NCBI GenBank assembly: GCA_050251945.1 | Contig: JBFWLW010000007.1 | Coordinates: 68,112 to 132,111, forward strand | DNA: 64,000 bases | Source of the DNA: Deferribacterales bacterium | GTDB lineage: Bacteria; Chrysiogenota; Deferribacteres; Deferribacterales; Geovibrionaceae | Direction of reading: 5' to 3' | Part shown: one piece after another, positions 58,762 through 64,000 of the stretch | Position numbering within the stretch: position 1 is the stretch's first letter | Layout: every line of letters begins with the position of its first letter | Position numbers and translations under genes: made by a program | The notes under the pieces: model-generated | Databases searched by the model: none | What the model was told of the DNA's origin: nothing | The model's input: the letters and a program-made list of their open reading frames with translations, nothing else

Positions 58762-59451
58762 ATGAGAATATTATTAATCGAAGACGACACTGATTTAGCG
58801 GAAAATGTACTCGACTATTTTGAACTGCATGGCTGCACGGCAGATTACTGCGCGTCCGGTGAAGCGGCTATAGAACTGCTTCACGAGAATCATTACGACG
58901 CGATAGTGCTTGACATCAACCTGCCCGGAATTGACGGTTTTGAAGTGTGCAGGGTGATCAGACAGAAACTTCGTCTGAACACGCCTGTTCTGATGTTAAC
59001 GGCACGCACTATGCTGGACGATAAGCTGACAGGTTTTGAATCGGGTACGGATGACTATCTTGCAAAGCCCTTTGAGCTGGCGGAACTGAAGATGCGCTTA
59101 AGCGCCATGGTTCGCCGTTCCAAACAGGGAATGGTGGACATGTTCTGCATAGAGGATCTGTGCGTGAACGTGGAAAAAGGCATAGTTACACGAGCCGGAG
59201 CGCGTATTGATCTGCCGCCTATCTGCTTTGCGATCCTTATGAAGCTGGTTGAACAATTCCCGGGGTACGCCACCAAAGAAGAGCTGGAATACGCCGTGTG
59301 GAAGGATCAGCCGCCAATGACTGATGCTCTTAAGGTGCATTTCTACACTTTGAGACAGCTTCTGGACAAACCCTTTGAAAGGCAGCTGATTCACAGCCTC
59401 AGGGGGCGCGGATATCTCATCTCCGCAGAGGAAAATTTACTTGAGGTATAG
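58762..59451 (+). CDS. OmpR-family response regulator
   Basis: RILLIEDD, LDINLPGIDG, DDYLAKPF, RGRGY. Confidence 0.96.
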   Translation: MRILLIEDDTDLAENVLDYFELHGCTADYCASGEAAIELLHENHYDAIVLDINLPGIDGFEVCRVIRQKLRLNTPVLMLTARTMLDDKLTGFESGTDDYLAKPFELAELKMRLSAMVRRSKQGMVDMFCIEDLCVNVEKGIVTRAGARIDLPPICFAILMKLVEQFPGYATKEELEYAVWKDQPPMTDALKVHFYTLRQLLDKPFERQLIHSLRGRGYLISAEENLLEV

Positions 59452-60823
59452 GTCTAGCCTTAGACGCAGGATAATACTTGTTTTTATAGGCTACAGCCTT
59501 CTGCTCAGTTCGCTTACGGTTATTGCGGTTATACTCGCCACCCGTTTCAGCGAAACAAGGTCTATGGAAAACAGGCTTAAGGTTGAGGCAGAATATTATC
59601 TCAGTGCATACCTTGCGTCCTTTGCCGCCCCAACATCAAACGCTTTCAATGCAATAAGTCCTACTTCGCCCTATATGACCCATTATTACGGTGAGGATCT
59701 TTTACCGGTATGGGTGAGCAGAAAGATACCGGGGCTTAATCCAGGCACCTACTTTGCCGATAACGATAAACAGAGATACTGTATTCTGATAAAAAAACTC
59801 CCCGACGGAGATAAGTTCTATCTGCTGTACAATGTGACAAGGCAGAATATGAACGAAGATTCCCTTGTATCGCTGCAAAAGACAATCCTGCTGACATTAC
59901 TGCCGATTCTTATATTCGGTCTGGCACTTGGGCTTATCACTGCTCAGAAAGTTATAGGTCCCGTGATAAAACTCGGACAGATAATACGCGAACGCGACCC
60001 GAAAGTGAAGCTGCTTGAAGGGTTTGACAATAAATTTAATAACGATGAGATAGGTCTTCTTGCGGGAACTCTTAAGAGCGCGCTGAACAGCATGCAGGAA
60101 TCGGTTGAACGTGAAACTGCGTTCGCCAGAGACGCATCGCACGAACTCCGCACCCCCGTGACAACCATAAAAAACTCGCTTGAACTTCTTAGTGAGCTGA
60201 AACCGCAGCTGGACGATAATACCAGAAAGATAATAGGCAGGATAAACCGTGCCACAGCCAATATGGAACACCTTATCAAATCGTTCCTCTGGCTTTCCAG
60301 ACACAGAAATCTTGATAAGTTCGAGCGCAGAGATGTACGCGTTTCCGAGATAGTTAACGAAATAATTCACGAGAATGCATACCTGATAGACAATAAACCT
60401 GTTGAGGTTTTTGTTCATGACAGTTTAAATATAGTAATGAACGTCGAGCCGCAACTTCTGAAAATACTGATAGCCAATCTTATCAGAAACTCGTTCACAT
60501 ATACAAAAAAGGGAACTGTGGATATCTACCTCAGCACCCATTGTATACAGGTTCATGATTCAGGTTCAGGGATAAAACCTGAAACCCTTCTGCAACTGCA
60601 GACGGGCGGTTCAAGGAACCATGCCGAAGGGTTCGGATTCGGACTTGCGATAGTCAGACGCCTCTGTATAAGCATGGACTGGGATTTTTATCTTAGTTCG
60701 GAATCGGGTGTCGGAACGCAGGCGCGGATATGCTACGAACAACCGGAAAACCCCTGTGAAGACTGCAAAGGTCTTTTTATGAATAATATGTTGGAACAGT
60801 CAGAGGTACATTATGAAGGATAA
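59441..60823 (+). CDS. Membrane sensor histidine kinase
   Basis: Two TM helices, HAMP, ASHELRTP, NLIRNS, GFGFGL; TTG start. Confidence 0.94.
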   Translation: MRYRSSLRRRIILVFIGYSLLLSSLTVIAVILATRFSETRSMENRLKVEAEYYLSAYLASFAAPTSNAFNAISPTSPYMTHYYGEDLLPVWVSRKIPGLNPGTYFADNDKQRYCILIKKLPDGDKFYLLYNVTRQNMNEDSLVSLQKTILLTLLPILIFGLALGLITAQKVIGPVIKLGQIIRERDPKVKLLEGFDNKFNNDEIGLLAGTLKSALNSMQESVERETAFARDASHELRTPVTTIKNSLELLSELKPQLDDNTRKIIGRINRATANMEHLIKSFLWLSRHRNLDKFERRDVRVSEIVNEIIHENAYLIDNKPVEVFVHDSLNIVMNVEPQLLKILIANLIRNSFTYTKKGTVDIYLSTHCIQVHDSGSGIKPETLLQLQTGGSRNHAEGFGFGLAIVRRLCISMDWDFYLSSESGVGTQARICYEQPENPCEDCKGLFMNNMLEQSEVHYEG

Positions 60824-63188
60824 TTTCTCAAGGCGCGACATTTTAAAGATTGCGGCGATGGCATCGCTGTATTCCGCCGTTCCTCTTGAGAATGCGTCTG
60901 CGGACGGTGGAGAAAAAGTTGTTCCTCATGCGACGCATTTCGGTACTGTTCTGGCGACTGTTAAACACGGTAAGATGGTGAGTACCGTTCCGCATCCTGC
61001 ACTGGAATTTGATTCTGACATGATGCACAGCCTTGCTGATTATGTTAACACTCCCAACAGAATAAAGACGCCCTGCGTAAGAAAAAGCTTTCTGGAGGGA
61101 CGAAAACAGCCCGAACTTCGCGGTGCGGAGGAATTTATTGCCGTGAGCTGGCAAACAGCCCTTGACCTTGCGGCAGAAAAACTAGAAGAGGCTAAAAAGA
61201 CATGGGGCAATGAGTCTATATTCCGTACATCCTTTGCCGGCTGGTCACACGCCGGAGCCATAAACCGTCCGAATACACTTCAGGGCAGGTTTCTGGGGCT
61301 TTTCGGCGGCTTTACAGACACCATAAGCGATTATTCCGCCGGAGCTTCAAGCCAGCTTCTACCCTATGTTTTGGGCAGTATGGAAGTATACAGCAAACAG
61401 ACTTCGCCTGAGGTCATTGCGGCAAATACAAAAACGATAGTGCTCTGGGGTATGGATCCTATAAAATCTTTTCTGATAGATAATGCAGTTCCGGATTTCA
61501 AGAGGATAAAGTGGTTCAGAAGATATAAAAAGCTCGGTATCAAATTCATCTGCGTTGATCCGGTTTATAACGACACCGCGAAGGAACTTGAAGCTGAGTG
61601 GATTCCTGTGCGTCCAGGAACTGACACCGCCATGATCCTCGGCATGTGTCATTATCTTTATACCAATAAAAAATACAGTAAATCTTTCATAGATAAATAT
61701 ACAGTCGGATTTGATATTTTTGCGAAATATCTGCTCGGCAAAGAGGATGGCAAGCCGAAAACCATTGAGTGGGCTTCTGAAATATGCGGAATTTCTGTCA
61801 AAAGACTGATTGCGCTGACTGAGACGCTGAAAAGTGACAGAACACTCATCGGCAGTCTCTACGGTCCGCAAAGGATAGAACACGGCGAACAGTTCCACTG
61901 GGGTCTGATAACTCTTGCATCAATGTTGGGGAATATAGGCAAACCCGGTTCCGGTGTAAACTTCGGCGGCGGTCTCCTTGGAATTGCAGGCAAAATGCCT
62001 CGCAGGATATCACAGGGCAGAAACCCTGCAAGAACAATAATTCCTGCTTCCCGCATGGGTGAAATGCTCTTAAGCCCCGGCAGAACCATAGATTTCAACG
62101 GTACAAAAATAACTTATCCCGATATAAAGCTTATTTATAACATGGGTGCTAACTCTATGACCCATCATCAGGATATAAACGCTCTTCTGACCGGACTGAG
62201 GAAAGTTGAGACCATGATAACGCACGAAATAGTGTGGACGCCTTGGGCGAAACATTCGGATATAGTTTTTCCCGTCACCACAACGTTTGAGAAGGATGAT
62301 ATAGGTTTCAGCTTTGTAAACAACGTGACATACCTTTGGGCGCTTAAAAAGGCCGTTGAGCCGATGTATGACGCTAAAGATGATTACTGGGTGCTTACTC
62401 AGCTTGCAAAAAGGCTCGGATTTGAAAAAAAATTCACCACAGGCAAGTCTGGTTTGGAATGGGTCAAATGGAGTTATGAGGGTACCGGAAATAAGGTTCC
62501 ATTCAGCCGTTTCTGGGATGTAGGCTACATTAAACTGACACAGAGTAAGGAAGATAAAACATATGTCAGATTTGATGATTTTGTTAAAAATCCTAAATCA
62601 AGCCCGCTCTTTACTCCTTCTGGCAAGATAGAGATTCACAGCGAAAAGATATCAAGCTACGGATATGCCGACTGCGCCGGTCATCCCACATGGTACGAGC
62701 CTAAGGAATGGCTTGGCGGCTCTCGTGCAAAGAAGCATAAATTTCATCTGTTGTCCCTTCATCCAAAAGACAGACTTCATTCACAGATGGATAATTTGCC
62801 CCTTACCAAAAAATATAAAGTAAACGGAAGAGAACCTGTTGTTATACATCCTTTAGACGCTAGATTACTGGGTATAAAGAACGGCGACACTGTTGAAGTT
62901 TTCAACGACAGAGGAGCCATAATCTGCGGAGCGGTGCTCAGCAAAAGAGTGATGCGCAATGTTGTACGGGTTGACGAAGGCGCGTGGTATGCGCCGGAAA
63001 AGCCCGGTCTGCTTGGCACGAGATGTATCAGCGGCAACCCTAACGTACTGACATCAGATAAACCTACATCCTGCCTGGCACAGGCCTGCACTGCCCACAG
63101 CTGTCTGGTCTCTCTGAGGCTTCTGACAGAAAAAGTGAAGGCAAATACGGCTTACGACAACCCTGCAATTGTTATGAGTAAACTGTGA
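60813..63188 (+). CDS. Tat-exported TMAO/DMSO/biotin-sulfoxide reductase-family molybdoenzyme
   Basis: SRRDILK, HATHFG, PCVRKSFL, RGAEEF, DYSAGA (Mo-Ser), HPKDRLHSQ; no N-terminal Fe-S motif. Confidence 0.92.
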   Translation: MKDNFSRRDILKIAAMASLYSAVPLENASADGGEKVVPHATHFGTVLATVKHGKMVSTVPHPALEFDSDMMHSLADYVNTPNRIKTPCVRKSFLEGRKQPELRGAEEFIAVSWQTALDLAAEKLEEAKKTWGNESIFRTSFAGWSHAGAINRPNTLQGRFLGLFGGFTDTISDYSAGASSQLLPYVLGSMEVYSKQTSPEVIAANTKTIVLWGMDPIKSFLIDNAVPDFKRIKWFRRYKKLGIKFICVDPVYNDTAKELEAEWIPVRPGTDTAMILGMCHYLYTNKKYSKSFIDKYTVGFDIFAKYLLGKEDGKPKTIEWASEICGISVKRLIALTETLKSDRTLIGSLYGPQRIEHGEQFHWGLITLASMLGNIGKPGSGVNFGGGLLGIAGKMPRRISQGRNPARTIIPASRMGEMLLSPGRTIDFNGTKITYPDIKLIYNMGANSMTHHQDINALLTGLRKVETMITHEIVWTPWAKHSDIVFPVTTTFEKDDIGFSFVNNVTYLWALKKAVEPMYDAKDDYWVLTQLAKRLGFEKKFTTGKSGLEWVKWSYEGTGNKVPFSRFWDVGYIKLTQSKEDKTYVRFDDFVKNPKSSPLFTPSGKIEIHSEKISSYGYADCAGHPTWYEPKEWLGGSRAKKHKFHLLSLHPKDRLHSQMDNLPLTKKYKVNGREPVVIHPLDARLLGIKNGDTVEVFNDRGAIICGAVLSKRVMRNVVRVDEGAWYAPEKPGLLGTRCISGNPNVLTSDKPTSCLAQACTAHSCLVSLRLLTEKVKANTAYDNPAIVMSKL

Positions 63189-63231
63189 ATTGAACTTTTT
63201 GAATTGATTTTACTCTTAAACACATGTATTA

Positions 63232-63768
63232 GTGTTGTCAATAGGTGCAGTTTTGAGAAAGATTTTATTTTTAATTCCGGTCGTTGTGTCCCTGTCCGTA
63301 TATTTCGCCCTTTCCGACAGCAAAAGCGGATATCTGAACGCGAATGTGGCAATGGGATCCACAACAGTTTATTTCGGTTCTCAGCTTACAGGAGGGAGAG
63401 TCTATCTCTGGTCTGATAAAAAGAGCGGAGTTCTGTATGCCGATGCAGAGAAGAGCATTGATAGCGGTTTCACAAAGGACGTTTCATCCCTCAGATTTAC
63501 GGGAAAAACAGCAAACGGGCTTTATGAGACTGTGATAAATGTTTCTACTAAGGATACGGCGATCTCCGAAACGCTTCCTGAATCGCTGAAAGAATACGAA
63601 AAAAAGTATTACGAACTTTGCAGTACATGTCACGCAGCTGCTGAACCGAACAGATATGCAAAACATCGCTGGGACAGTATACTTAAATCCATGCAGCAGC
63701 ATGCAGGAATGTCCGACAGCGATCTTAACGCTATTAGGCGTTATGTTCTGCTGAGTATAACGGATTGA
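63232..63768 (+). CDS. Membrane-anchored monoheme cytochrome c (TorC C-terminal-like)
   Basis: N-terminal TM helix, single CSTCH, W...L..M distal ligand region. Confidence 0.85.
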   Translation: MLSIGAVLRKILFLIPVVVSLSVYFALSDSKSGYLNANVAMGSTTVYFGSQLTGGRVYLWSDKKSGVLYADAEKSIDSGFTKDVSSLRFTGKTANGLYETVINVSTKDTAISETLPESLKEYEKKYYELCSTCHAAAEPNRYAKHRWDSILKSMQQHAGMSDSDLNAIRRYVLLSITD

Positions 63769-63798
63769 TATCACAATAATTTCACAATATCACCGTTC

Positions 63799-63815
63799 TT
63801 AACCATGTCTTAACC
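63799..63815 (+). promoter_or_regulatory. Second TTAACC tandem box
   Basis: TTAACC at 63799 and 63810 (11-bp period). Confidence 0.6.
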
Positions 63816-63884
63816 CGTCAAGTGGTACCTCTATGGAAAATCGGCATAAATCCAACGCCGGTTCATCACCTACAAGGAGGACCC

Positions 63885-64000
63885 ATGCGACATTTGTTAA
63901 GCAGTCTGTTAATTACAGCTCTCCTGCTTGGCACGTCGGCGTATGTTTCTTTTGCCTTTGAGGCAGAAGGTTACAACACACCCGATAGCTGGTCGATGCA
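63885..64000 (+). CDS. Secreted protein, 5' part (truncated by window edge)
   Basis: AAGGAGG RBS; MRHLLSSLLITALLLGTSAYVSFA signal peptide; frame open to the edge. Confidence 0.8.
   Translation, partial: MRHLLSSLLITALLLGTSAYVSFAFEAEGYNTPDSWSM

Overview
Chromosomal window from an anaerobic, flagellated Gram-negative bacterium. The gene style suggests Deferribacterota, but that is an unverified impression. It is mostly core metabolism and signalling: tRNA-Gly(GCC), rqcH, htpG, bacterioferritin, nqrABCDEF, rubrerythrin, ilvE, metF, mqnB, a propionyl-CoA carboxylase/methylmalonyl-CoA mutase cluster, several kinases and a TorA/DorA-family molybdoenzyme operon. Two AT-rich accessory inserts stand out: a Dam-family methylase at the left edge and a lone SIR2-TPR gene that is a candidate anti-phage NADase. 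The best candidates for undescribed biology are: (1) a permease-less cytoplasmic binding protein/HypB-like GTPase/ABC ATPase/YgbA operon behind an FNR-type box; (2) the SIR2-TPR insert; (3) a promoter- and terminator-bounded ~85-nt sRNA with tandem anti-Shine-Dalgarno motifs; (4) a sigma54 two-component module driving an 80-aa Met/Cys secreted peptide; (5) two signal-peptide-less proteins, one with RTX repeats, sharing a sigma28-like promoter. A 38-aa desulforedoxin gene absent from the ORF track and several MITE/REP families were also found. No CRISPR array, rRNA, integrase or transposase was seen. All family calls come from motif recognition by eye, not database searches.
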